64,000 bases of DNA from Dictyostelium discoideum (lineage: Eukaryota). The stretch is taken from contig CM000150.2 in NCBI GenBank assembly GCA_000004695.1, positions 3,168,001 to 3,232,000 of the forward strand, in the 5' to 3' direction. Numbering within the stretch: the first letter of the stretch is position 1; the number at the start of each line of letters is the position of its first letter. Positions 24,702 to 37,381 of this stretch are shown here, piece after piece. The notes under the pieces are model-generated. The model worked only from the letters and a program-made list of their open reading frames with translations, made no database searches and had not been told where the DNA came from. Both the position numbers and the translations under genes were made by a program.

Positions 24702-27534
24702 AGATAAAGATGAAAAAGATAAAGAAAATAATAATAATAATGTAATATCACAACAATTTCAATATTTTAGAGTTTTAGATGTAAATTGTTATTTTAATGA
24801 TGTAATTAAAAAGAGAGCACCAATATTTATAGATTTAATGACACAATCAAATATTTATTTAAATACAGAGGTTGGTGAAGGATCGGATGAAAATGTTGAT
24901 ACTCATGAATCGATTTATTCATTTCAGAATAGTACCGAGTATTTAGCTATCAATTCAAATAGTATTCATAGATTGAAGAGGTCATCGATATCTTTACTTT
25001 CAAAGGTATTGGAATTTAATGATCGTGATACTTTGATATCGCTATTAAAGAATTTGACACAGGGTGGTTGTACATTATGCAAGGACCTAATTGACGAAAA
25101 ACAATTACTAATTACAATTAGTAGACCCCAATATCACCAAAGTATACAGATTCTACACCAAAATGGGTATACCATCATACCGAAATACCAACTACGTGAT
25201 CCTTACATCTTTTTTGCAGGCTCCAAACAAATCTTACAATATCTATTGGAAATTCACACAAATTCCCTCTCGGAGACTATAGATATCAGACACTGGATTC
25301 AGGCGATCATGAGTGCAGGTCAGTATAGCTCAGAGACTGAATTCTTTCAATACTATCCAAAGATTCAAGAATTATCATTACGCGATAAATATTCAAGAAC
25401 TTTAAATATTTTAGAATTACAATATATCCTTGGCCATATCGAAGGTATAGAATTCTTACTTGAGAAATATTTAGATTTCACTAAACCCTATCATTTAGAT
25501 AATCAAGAACTTTTAGAAATTTTCGATGTAACTTTTGTTCAAAAAAAAGATATTAGAACTGAAGAATCTTTAAAAGCTGAAAAAGATTTATTAGAACAAG
25601 AAGAAAATGAAAAAAAACGTTTAAAAGAAAAAAGAAAAAAAGAAGAAAAAGAAAAAAAAAAACAACAAAATTTAAAACAAAAATCTTTAATAACTAATAA
25701 TACTACTACTACTACTACTACTACACCAATACCAATTACAGTACCAATACCAACACAAACACAAACACCAACACAAACACCAACACAAACACCAATACCA
25801 ACACCAATACCAACAACACCAATACCAACAACACCAATACCAATACCAATTCAATTGACACCAACAACACCAAAAACACCAAAAACACCAAAAACACCAA
25901 AAACACCAACAACACCAAAAACACCAATAACACCCAAAACACCAAAAAATTCTACTTTAGATAAACAAACAATTTCAACACCAAAAACACCACCACCTTT
26001 ATCAGTAAATACAACACCAATAACACCATCACCACCACCACAAACTATAGCTACAACAATAACAACAACAACAACAACACCAAAAACAACAAAAACAACA
26101 ACAACATCAAAAATACCGACATTAATAATAGAATTAAATAAATATGATATTTCAATTGGTAAATTTAAATTTAGTAGAAAAGATGAATTTATAATTGGTA
26201 GAGGATCAAATGGTACATTAGTTTTTAAAGGTATTTGGAATGATAGAATACCAGTTGCAATTAAACAAATGCATAAAGCTTTTAATCCATTAATTAGTAA
26301 AGAGATTGAAGTATTAATTACATTAACAAATAAGAATTGTAATAACATCGTAAGATATATTGATCAAGAAGAAGATGATATGTTTGTTTATTTAGGTTTA
26401 ACATTATGTAATGGTTCTTTACAAAATTTAGTTGAAAAAGATTTAGAAATTAATTTAATATCAACATCAAATAATGAAAATAATAATAATAATAAATTAA
26501 AGAATTTTATTGGTTCAGAATTAAGATTATTAGAATTAATTAAAGATATTGTTTATGGTATTCAATTTTTACATCAACAAGGTATAGTTCATAATGATTT
26601 AAATCCAAGGAATATTTTAATTAAAGATGATAGATTCATTATATCGGATTTAGGGTTAAGTAAAATGGAAGTAACTTCGTCATACTCATTTACGATGCAT
26701 GCTCCAACTGGTCAAGAAGGTTTTCATCCGGCTGAAGTACTATTAGAGAAACGTAAAACTAAATCTGTTGATATCTTTTCAATGGGTTGTATTCTATTTT
26801 ATTTAATGACTGGTGGTCAACATCCATTTGGTGATAAATTCTTTAGAATGGCTAATATTTTAACAGATAAACCAATTCTAGAACCATTGAAACATAATTT
26901 AGTAGCATGTGATTTAATTAGTCAAATGATATCAAAAAATGAATCTGATAGACCAACTACTGAAAATATACTTTTACATCCATTCTTTTGGAATCATGAA
27001 AAGAAAGTTAAATTCATTGATGCTTCTTTAAATTTATTTAAAGATTCAAATGGTTTATTCACTTCAAAATTAAATAAATTAATTAATCAATTTCAAGATA
27101 CTGATGGTGTTAATACAACAAGCACACCATTTCTTTCGAAACCATGGAATCAATTAATTGATCCAACTTTAATTGAACATATTACAAATAAACAAAATCA
27201 ATTAAGTGGTGGTAGTAGTATTGGAAATAATAATAATAATAGTTTGACATTAAGTGGTAAAAAATTTTATTTTTATGATTATTCTCAAGTAAAAGATTTA
27301 GTACGTTGTATTAGAAATACAATACAACATCATAAAGAGATTCAAAGATTAATTTCACAATCACCATCATCATCAAATAAACAAGAAGTGTTGGATTGTT
27401 TAGAGAGTCAAGAATTAGTTTTATCTTATTTTGAAGAAAAAGTTCCCGACCTTTTACTCTTTCTTTATCAAAAGTTTAAAAAACATTTGGATTCAAAATC
27501 CTTAATTTATTTTAATGATTTAATTATTAAATAA
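22841..27534 (+). CDS. IRE1/RNase L-like protein: large N-terminal region + (pseudo)kinase domain + KEN endoribonuclease domain (paralog A)
   Basis: Exon 1 is 22841..23796 with a GTATAT donor. The intron is 23797..23972 and contains an (ATT)~29 tract. Exon 2 is 23973..27534. The kinase domain (about 26130-27000) has [18 protein letters not shown], a catalytic loop HNDLNPRN in place of HRDLKPxN, and DLG in place of DFG. The KEN domain has [19 protein letters not shown], and a motif [16 protein letters not shown] matching the IRE1/RNase L catalytic block RNxxxHH. A Thr/Pro-rich linker (TPK repeats) precedes the kinase. Confidence 0.8.
23878..23966. repeat. (ATT)~29 intronic microsatellite in kinase-KEN paralog A
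   Basis: Lies inside intron 23797..23972. Confidence 0.85.
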
Positions 27535-27805
27535 AATAAAATTATATTAAACCAACAAAATTTAAAAAAAAAAAAAAAAAAAAAACATAAAATTGTTAAT
27601 CTTTCCAGAAAAAATAAAAAAAATATAATTGGATATAACAAAGTATAATTGACCATGATGGTTTCTGATAAAAAAAAGTGGGGACCAACTACTGATGTTT
27701 TTTTTTTTTCAGTTTTTTTTTTTTTATAATTTTTTACGAAAAAAAAAAAATAAATTAAAAAAATTAAAAATTAAAAAAAAATAATTAATTTAATCCGAAT
27801 CATAT

Positions 27806-27857
<52 letters not shown>

Positions 27858-27930
27858 TTTCATTTATGCAAAAATAAAAATTTAAATTAATGGTCCAATA
27901 AATAAATAAATAAATAATAAAAAAATAACA

Positions 27931-27964
<34 letters not shown>

Positions 27965-27967
27965 AAA

Positions 27968-28292
27968 ATGAAAAGTAATTACAGTACATATCTTTATAAA
28001 ATGTCAGAATTAGAAAGGATAGTGAATGGTGGTGACGTTTCAAGTATTTTCATTGAACAAGATGATGTATTAGGTGAAATTAAAAACTTTAACTATGATT
28101 TATATACAAAATATGATTCATTAGTTTTAAAAGATCCTCAAACTCAAAATAATTCACCAAAACCACCAAGCCTAGAAATATTTATACTAGTTAATTTAAT
28201 AGCGTTATGTGGTAGAATTAATGATAAATTTCCAAATTTAGATAAATTTTTAACTCATTATAAATATGCGTATGTATTTTAAATTATTTTAA

Positions 28293-28382
<90 letters not shown>

Positions 28383-29101
28383 AATATAATAGTACTAATA
28401 TATTTAACTTATTAAGTGAAAATATTATAAATTCTATTGAAAAATTTAAAGAAACATTATCAAAAGATTTACCAAGTTTTCAATTATCAGTTATAGCGAA
28501 TAGTTCAATTGTAAAAAAAGATAATTCAATTATAAAGTTTTTAAGTTGTTTTGGATCATTTATGAAATTAGAATCAATTGAATATTTTGGATCAGTATTT
28601 AATAGTTTAATAGGAGAAGAGGACCAATTCTCATTAGATTTATTACAAGTTTTAATTGATAGTTCAAATGAATATAAAAAGTTTTTACAAATTTTAGAAT
28701 TTAATCAATTACAAAAATATTATGATGATGGTCATCTTTGTTTATTTCATTCAATTAAATTTGATAATTTAAATGAATTTAAATTATTATTTAATGATTC
28801 TACTTGGTGTCAACAGCAACAGCAGCAACAACAAATAAATCCTCAAATATTTTGGTTTATACTTTGTAAATATAATTCATCAAAAATTGCCCATTATCTT
28901 TTAAATGATTATCAAATTAATAAAAAATCATTAAAACAAAAGAATCCATTAGAAATTAGTCCTGTAACTCTATTAGAAATCGCTTTCTTATGTTTTAGTG
29001 ATAAAATTGCAATTGTATTATTTTCACAATTTAATTATCATGAATTATTACCAAAGAAATCAAAAATGAAACATTTAATTAAATCAACTTCAACTTTAAT
29101 A

Positions 29102-29195
<94 letters not shown>

Positions 29196-32100
29196 GTAAA
29201 AATATCGGATTAACACAATATACAGTTTTAGAAGGTTATTTTTTAATTAATATTAGAACAAGGAGTAGGATAGCACCATTTATCGAAGTTTTAACAATGA
29301 ATGGTATCCATTTAACAAATGATATAATACATACTAGAATTAAATCAATGAGTTCTGATTCAATATTTAGAATATTTACAGAACAATACCAACAACAACA
29401 ACAGAATCCACTAAATAATAATCAAAAACAAATTCAATTTAATGAAAATTTCACAAGACAACAAAAAATAGATTTCGATAATTGTCCAAATGAAATTGAT
29501 ACTTTTATTTTAGATAAAACTCAATGTAATTTAATAACATTATCTCAAGAGTTTTCAATCAAAGTTAGAGCATTCACATTTTATTTGTCATTTGGTGAAA
29601 TATTCACTTGTTCTTGTGAAGACTATAAAAGAGAATTCTCTTGTAAACATATGTTTTTCATTCTTTTAAATTATTATCATGTTCCAAGAAATTCCTATCT
29701 AATCTATCAAAGACAATTTACAGAGATTGAAAGATATTCAATAATTATGAATATAGATTTAAGTAAAATTAATTCAAGAATATATGGTACTCCAAATTTT
29801 AATACTTTTTTTAAAATTAAATCATCACCATCATCAACAACATCACCATTTCAAAGTATTAATAATAACAATAATAATAATTTAAACAATAATAATAATA
29901 ATAATTTAAATAATAATAATAATAATGAAAATGAAAATAAATTTAAAGAAGATGGTGATGATGAAATTTTACAAAATTTAAATAGATTAAATTATATATT
30001 ATTAAGGGATTTTGAATTTGGACCAAATGATATTACAACTAAACTTCGAGAAACTCATATAAATCTATTTGATAGATTATTACTTATAGAGGATAATTTA
30101 GAGGCATTGGATAAGATATTAAAGAATTTCACTCAAAAAGGTTGTACATTATCAAGGGATTTGGTTGGTGATCGTAATCTATTGGTTTTAGTGGCAATTC
30201 TAGATTCAACTTCAAAAGAGAAACTATCATTATTGAACAAGTATTGGCCATTACCTGAAAAAACGAAAAAGTTTGCTATTCCATTAATTTTCTTTGCAAT
30301 ATCTGAAGAATGTTTAAAAATGTTTATTCAAATCTCTCCAAATTTAGTTAAATCAACTTTAAACTTACATGATTGGATTTCAATTCTAACTGAATTCGCC
30401 TTAATTAATGAAACTTTCTTAGACCATTACCCACTTTTATCCGCTTGGTATAGTGATGCTCGTTCAGTTGAAACCTCATTATTTAGATTATTCACCTGTA
30501 TGGATAAAATAGATTGTATAAATTACTTAATTCAAACCTATCTTTTACCAATTCCAACTTTCAAAAATACTCTAAATAATTTTGAAACTTGTTACTTTTT
30601 TGAAACTTATTTCCTTGAAAACTCCTCAATCAAAGCTGAACAATACTTATTAGAACAGGAACTATTAGAAAAAAAAAAACAAAAAGAAAAAAAAAAACAA
30701 AAACAAAAACAATCAAAATCAAAAATTATTAATAATCCTTTATCATCATCATCATCATCATCATCATCACCATCAACTTCTAATACTACAATCACCTCAA
30801 CAACACCAACAACAACAACAACCACCACCACAACAACAACACCAACAACTACAACAACAACAACAACAACATCATCACCAAAACAAAAACCTATAACTCC
30901 AATTAAAAAAGAAATAGAAAAAGAATTTGAAAAAATTGAACTTACTACACCACCACCACCATTGGCAACAACCAAACAACAACAAATTAATGAAAATTAT
31001 GATATTTCAATTGGTAAATTTAAATTTAATAGAAAAGAAGAGAATGTATTAGGTAGAGGATCAAATGGTACATTAGTTTTTAAAGGTATTTGGAATAATA
31101 GAATTCCAGTTGCAATTAAACAAATGCAAAAGATGTTTAATCCATTAATTAGTAAAGAGATTGAAGTATTAATTACATTAACAAATAAGAATTGTTATAA
31201 CATTGTAAGATATATTGATCAAGAAGAAGATGAATCATGCGTTTATTTAGGTTTAACACTATGTGATGGTTCTTTGCAAAATTTAGTTGAAAAAGGTGAT
31301 AATAACCTGACATTAACTCAATTTTTAGGCTATGATATTAATAGCAGTAGTAAAAATAATTCAAGATTATTAGAACTAATTAAAGATATTGTTTATGGTA
31401 TTCAATTTTTACATCAACAAGGTATAGTTCATAATGATTTAAATCCAAGGAATATTTTAATTAAAGATGATAGATTCATTATATCGGATTTAGGGCTAAG
31501 TAAAATGGAAGTAACTTCATCATACTCATTTACGATGCATGCTCCAACTGGTCAAGAAGGTTTTCATCCGGCTGAAGTACTATTAGAGAAACGTAAAACT
31601 AAATCTGTTGATATCTTTTCAATGGGTTGTATTCTATTTTATTTAATGACTGGTGGTCAACATCCATTTGGTGATAAATTCTATCGTATTGTTAATATTT
31701 TAACAGATAAACCAATCCTCGAACCATTGAAACATAATTTAGTAGCATGTGATTTAATTAGTCAAATGATATCAAAAAATGAATCTGATAGACCAACAAT
31801 TGAAAAAATACTTTTACATCCATTCTTTTGGAATCATGAAAAGAAAGTTAAATTCATTGATGCTTCTTTAAATTTATTTAAAGATTCAAATGGTTTATTC
31901 ACTTCAAAATTAAATAAATTAATTAATTATCAAGAAATTAATTTAAAAAATAATATTGATAGTAGTAGTAGTAATAATAATAATAATATAAATAGTAATG
32001 TAATTAATAATAATAATAATAATAATAATGGTATGGCGACTAATATACCATTTTTATCAAAACCATGGAACCAATTAATTGATCAAACTTTAATTGAACA

Positions 32101-32425
32101 TATAATAAATAAACAAAATCAATTAAATGGTGTCGGTAATAATAAAAAGGTAATAATTTACAGTTTTGATCAAGTAAAAGATTTAGTACGTTGTATTAGA
32201 AATACAATACAACATCATAAAGAGATTCAAAGATTAGTTAGACAATCACCATCATCAAATGGTGATAATAAACAAGAAGTTTTGGATTGTTTAGAGAGTC
32301 AAGAATTAGTTTTATCTTATTTTGAAGAAAAAGTTCCCGACCTTTTACTCTTTCTTTATCAAAAGTTTAAAAAACATTTGGATTCAAAATCCTTAATTTA
32401 TTTTAATGATTTAATAATTAAATAA
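27968..32425 (+). CDS. IRE1/RNase L-like (pseudo)kinase-KEN protein with an extra SWIM-type zinc finger (paralog B)
   Basis: Exon 1 is 27968..28269 with a GTATGT donor. The intron is 28270..28392 and contains an (ATT)~28 tract. Exon 2 is 28393..32425. The intron position and phase (phase 2) match paralog A. A SWIM CxCxnCxH motif ([18 protein letters not shown]) lies at about 29603-29660. The kinase and KEN domains are almost nucleotide-identical to paralog A, including HNDLNPRN and the RNTIQHH motif. Confidence 0.8.
28296..28380. repeat. (ATT)~28 intronic microsatellite in kinase-KEN paralog B (same intron position as in paralog A)
   Basis: Lies inside intron 28270..28392. Confidence 0.85.
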
Positions 32426-32444
32426 TTATATCAATAAAATAGAG

Positions 32445-32477
<33 letters not shown>

Positions 32478-33587
32478 AGGTCACTTTGGAAGTAATGAAA
32501 GCGTTTTATCCATTCATAGTGACTTAATTCTAGAATTAATTAATTATTTCAAATCTATTATATTTTTAAAAAGAAGAAAAAAATATATAATAAAAGATTT
32601 TTTAAATAGTAATTTAAAAATATATCTACAACCTTGAATTAATTCTCCATTTATTCTAATAGGTTCATATTTAGATTTGTAATTAAAACTGATAAATATT
32701 GATTTTTTATTCATGTGCACACAGATTTCTTTATTCATACCTTAAAATTAAAAAAGAAATTAATAAAAAAAATAATCATATTATTAGAAAAAAAAATTCT
32801 CTTGAAAACTTAAAACATATGTACAAGCCATTCTTTTTATTTGAACCCATCTATTGTTTTTATTAATAGATTTTTTATTTTTTATTTTTATTTTGTTTTA
32901 AAAAAAAAAAAAAAACTATTAATAATCCTTTAACAATTTCCATAATAATATTAACACACACACCATCTTGTAAAACATTTTTTTTTGTTTCCTTTTGTTT
33001 TGTTTTTTTGTTTTTATTTTTAATAGAACAAAATTACAAAAAAAAAAAAAAATTATGAACAAATAAAATAATTGGATTGTAAAAATGACTAAAAATAAAA
33101 AATATAAAAAATAATTGGTCTCCACATTCTAACCACATCTTTTTCCTTTTTTCAAATAAATATTTATTTTTGGGGTAAAATCTCATTGATAATGTGTTTA
33201 ATCCTAGCAAATTGTGTAAATAAAATATTATTTATCGTTCTACCCAAACGCTCCTTTTATGGTATTTATTTTTTTTTTTGTATTTCTGTAATTTTTTTTT
33301 TTTTTTTTTTTATTATAATTTATTACATGAATTATAATAAAAGATTTATTTCTCAATTTTAGACCCAATAAATATAAGTAATTACTTTTTATGTAAGTTA
33401 CATTTCTTAAAATTAATATAATGAACACTTTATTTTTTTCATTTAAATAATAAAGATTTTTTTTAAAAAAGAAAAATAAATAAACTATAAAAAGCATTTT
33501 TTAATATTTCATAGTCATATTATTAATTTCCAAAAAAAAAAAAAATATAAAAATAGATTTTTTTTTCCCCAAAAATAAAAAAAAAAA

Positions 33588-34019
33588 ATGAAATTTTCAA
33601 ACCTAGTAATATTATCAATTATTGTTTTGTTTATTGGATTATTTTCAAACAGTGTAAATTGTGAAAAAGAACTTTCTCATATTGTCAAAAAATGTCCAAG
33701 AAATTCAATAAAAGATGATCCATTCAAATTAAATGTTACCATGCATATTACTCAAGTTGCTACATTTACTGTAAAATCATTCCAAGATGTTTACATTTCT
33801 GGTGGATGTTGTGAATTGTCACAACCTCAAGAAACCGTTTTTACCTTTGGTTATGGATTTGAACCAAAAACCAATTTGGGTGAAATTTATCAAGGTGTAA
33901 AATTAACTGGAAATTTAAGTTATAAAAAAGATGGTAAAGAAATTAAAAAAGAAGATGTTAGTTTTATTTTAAATAAAGTAGTTGCAAATGGTTCTTATGT
34001 TTTAAGAATTTTTAAGTAA
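33588..34019 (+). CDS. Small secreted Cys-containing protein (143 aa), function unknown
   Basis: Single ORF. It has a signal peptide (MKFSNLVILSIIVLFIGLFSNSVNC), then a ~120-aa mature region with 5 Cys and N-glycosylation sequons. It could be an ML/beta-sandwich-type lipid-binding fold, but this is weak. Confidence 0.55.
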   Translation: MKFSNLVILSIIVLFIGLFSNSVNCEKELSHIVKKCPRNSIKDDPFKLNVTMHITQVATFTVKSFQDVYISGGCCELSQPQETVFTFGYGFEPKTNLGEIYQGVKLTGNLSYKKDGKEIKKEDVSFILNKVVANGSYVLRIFK

Positions 34020-34028
34020 AACTAAATC

Positions 34029-34081
<53 letters not shown>

Positions 34082-34122
34082 AACTATTAATAAAATCAAA
34101 AAAAATCTTTTTCTTTAAAAAT

Positions 34123-34153
<31 letters not shown>

Positions 34154-34238
34154 TTAATTAATTCTACAATTAAAATTTTAAACATACCAAAAAAAAAAAA
34201 AAAAAATAAAAAAAAATAAAAATAAAAAAAAGATGGGT

Positions 34239-35453
34239 TTAAAATTTTTGGTTTTGCCTTTTTTTAGCAAGTGCAGCATCCAAATCACTTGATAATGCAA
34301 CTCTTTGTTCAAAAGAGATTGCGCTACCTGGTACATTTGATTTTGGAACATAACTTGCTGGAATAAATTCACTATTTGGTTGTGTGAAAAATGATTGTTG
34401 TTGTTGTTGTTGTGGTTGAAATTGAGCTTGAATTACATTAGGAGAAGATGAAGATGATGATGGATTAAATTGAACTGAAGTTTGTTGGAATGATTGCCAA
34501 TCATTCATAGTTGTTGGTGATGAAATATTATAAATAGTTTTTGTATCAGGAACTAAATGTTTTGGTAACTCTGATGGTAATGATATACCATTTTTAATTG
34601 CGTAAATTAAATGCATTGCTAAACAAAACTCTTCTCTATCCAAATGACCATCTTTGTCGATATCTGCCAAACTCCAAACAAGTGATAAACTATCATTTGA
34701 TAAACCAGATTTTTGGAAAATTGGTTTTGCAACTAAACCAGATAATTTACTGCCATCACTAGCTCCAATTTTATAAAATACATTTATATATTGAGCTTTT
34801 GATTCGTTACTAATTGCTGGAATTATACCATTATTATTATTATTATTATTATTGTTATTATTATATTGTACAATATTTGGTGTAATATTACCAGAATTGT
34901 TTAATAAAGAATTTTGTTGTTGTTCCATTGACATTGGTAATTTACTTGGAAATCCTTGAAGCATATTATTTTGATAAAATGAGTTATTATTGTTATTATT
35001 ATTACTATTATTATTATTATTCATTCCATTGTTTATACCATTATTTGAATTGTTGTTTGAAAATCCACTTGAATTTTGAAATGATTGTTGTTGTTTAATT
35101 TGTGGTTGTAAAACTCCATTATTATTAATACCATTGTTAACGTTATTATTATTATTATTATTATTGATGCCCATGTTATTCATATTGCTCATGTTACTAA
35201 AATTGTTCATATTATTCATATTATTCATATTATTCATATTATTCATATTATTGAAATTGTTCATATTGTTCATATTGTTCATATTGTTCATATTGTTCAT
35301 ATTGTTCATATTTCCACCACCAGTGATATTGATACCACTATTCATATAACCAATACCAGTATTTTGGTATTGGAAATTCCCCCCATTTTGAAACTGTTGT
35401 TGTTGGTAATTTGATTGTTGTTGGAAATTCGATTGTTGTTGGTATTGGTACAT
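34239..35453 (-). CDS. EH (Eps15-homology) domain protein with Q/N-rich N-terminus
   Basis: 404-aa ORF. The EH domain is recognisable from the motif VWSLADIDKDGHLDREEFCLAMHLIYAIKNG (EF-hand-type loop, conserved W). It is preceded by QYINVFYKIGASDGSKLSGLVAKPIFQKSGL. The N-terminal half is Q/N-rich with (NMN)n 9-bp repeats. Confidence 0.8.
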   Translation of the reverse strand: MYQYQQQSNFQQQSNYQQQQFQNGGNFQYQNTGIGYMNSGINITGGGNMNNMNNMNNMNNMNNMNNFNNMNNMNNMNNMNNMNNFSNMSNMNNMGINNNNNNNNVNNGINNNGVLQPQIKQQQSFQNSSGFSNNNSNNGINNGMNNNNNSNNNNNNNSFYQNNMLQGFPSKLPMSMEQQQNSLLNNSGNITPNIVQYNNNNNNNNNNNGIIPAISNESKAQYINVFYKIGASDGSKLSGLVAKPIFQKSGLSNDSLSLVWSLADIDKDGHLDREEFCLAMHLIYAIKNGISLPSELPKHLVPDTKTIYNISSPTTMNDWQSFQQTSVQFNPSSSSSSPNVIQAQFQPQQQQQQSFFTQPNSEFIPASYVPKSNVPGSAISFEQRVALSSDLDAALAKKRQNQKF

Positions 35454-35966
35454 TTAAATTGGTGCGAAATAAATAAATTAATAAATAAATAAATAAATAT
35501 TTAGATATAAACAAATAGATAAATTGAAAGAATATTATTTTGAAAAAAAAAAAAAATAAAAAAAAAAAAAAATATTTAAAATTAAAAAAAAAAAAAAAAA
35601 ATTAGAAAAAAAAAAATTAAAAAAAATTAATATAAATTAAATTTATATGCAACTGCCATTGGTGGTGTTATGTTATCAAGAAAAGTTGTTAAAAAAAAAA
35701 AAGAAATTTTTATTTGAAAAACTTGTTTGCAAATTATTTTTATTTTTTTAATTTTTTTAATTTTATTCCTTTTTTATTTTTTTTTATTTTTTTAAGATAT
35801 CAAACAAATATTTTCACATTTATTTAATATTTTTATTTTTATTTTTTTATTTTTTAAACAAATATTTACACTTAGTTTTTTATTTTTTAAGATATTAAAC
35901 AAATATTTTCACATTTATTTTTATTTTATTTTTATTTTTTTATTGTTATTATTTACAAATTATTAT

Positions 35967-36004
<38 letters not shown>

Positions 36005-36014
36005 AGGATAAATA

Positions 36015-36688
36015 TTATTTTTGAATTGTAGAAGTGGTTGTAGTGTTTATATCAGTTTGTTGTTGAACAGAGGGTGCTTGTAAGCCACCCTGTTGTTGCT
36101 GTTGTTGTTGTTGCAATTGTTGTAATTGTTGTGCTTCTGGAGAAGCTTGAAAGGCAGATCTTGCTTTTGCAAATAATAATTGTTGTTCTCTAATGAGTTG
36201 TTCTGTTGGTTTACCTAAATTTTCGAATTTTTTACTACTCTTTGATTTTGTACTAACTTCTAATTTGTGTTTATCATATACATCTGATACTTTTTGTGTA
36301 TAATCTGAAAATCCTAATTCCTATTGTAATTAAATTAATTTTTTTTTTTTTTGTGTTTATGTGTTTGTGTGTGTGTGTGTGTGTGTAAATATTAACAATA
36401 AACATTATTTTTTATTTTTTATTTTTTTATTTTTATTTTTTTTTAAGATTAACCTACGGTCAATGCTTTAATTACATGCTCAGCGGCAATAGTTCTTTTT
36501 TGTTCTCTACCACAAATATCATTTGCTTCACTAGATATTAAATGTATGAATTCTACACAACATTCTAATATGAGATCTCTTGTCTCGTTTGAACATTTTA
36601 CATCTTGTGGTAACATCTCTTTAATTAATTTTGATACTGTTGCCTTTGGTAATGACAAATTATCTTCCTTATCATTTTTATCACCCAT
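36015..36688 (-). CDS. Dr1 / NC2-beta (negative cofactor 2 beta, histone-fold)
   Basis: Minus strand. Exon 1 is 36458..36688 (MGDKNDKEDNLSLPKATVSKLIKEMLP...ISSEANDICGREQKRTIAAEHVIKALT), with a GTAGGT donor. The intron is 36321..36457 and contains a (GT)11 run. Exon 2 is 36015..36320 (ELGFSDYTQKVSDVYDKHK...KFENLGKPTEQLIREQQLLFAKARSAF...poly-Q). Exon 2 matches the Dr1 C-terminal region (ALESLGF..., ENLGIP..., FAKAR). Confidence 0.8.
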
Positions 36689-37173
36689 TATTTATTTTTA
36701 TTATTATTATCTTTTTAATACAAGCTGTTTTTTTTTATTCTTTATTCTTTATTCCTTTATTCTTTATGTAATATCTATTGAAAACAAAAAAAAAAAAAAG
36801 TTAATTACTAATGTATATAATATTTGTTTAACTAATGTTCACACAAAATCGTTCAAAAATTCATTTACAAAAAAAAAATAAAAAAAAATAAATAAAAAAA
36901 TTTTAAAATTTTTTTTTTTTTTTTTTTTATTTTTTTTATTTTTTTTTTTTAATTTCTTATTTTTTTTTATATCCACATAAGGCAAAAACTGGAAATAGTT
37001 TACCTCTACAATATGAAATCTACCAATATTAATTTCTTTGAATAACATTAAAATTAAATTATTTATTTAATCCATCAATAGGAAAAAAAAAAATTTTAAA
37101 TTTTTATTTGATACTCCCCTTTTTTTTTTTTTTTTATAAAGTGATAATCTAAAACCAATAAATAACCAAAAGT

Positions 37174-37206
<33 letters not shown>

Positions 37207-37381
37207 AACACTAAAAAAAAAAACAAAATACAAAAAATAAAAATAAGAAAAGGTATCCAATTTTAACCATAATTATGTTTAAATATTATTATTTATTTAT
37301 TTTTTTTTTTTATTTTTTTATTTTTTTTATTACTTGGGTTTTTTTTTTTTTTTATTTTTTTTTCTTAATTACTATAAAGAT

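Noticed and set aside
25736-26348. Two minus-strand ORFs (69 and 165 aa) rich in V/L/G/F
   Set aside because: They are the antisense of the Thr/Pro-rich (ACA/CCA) linker of kinase-KEN paralog A. They are reading-frame artefacts of a simple repeat.
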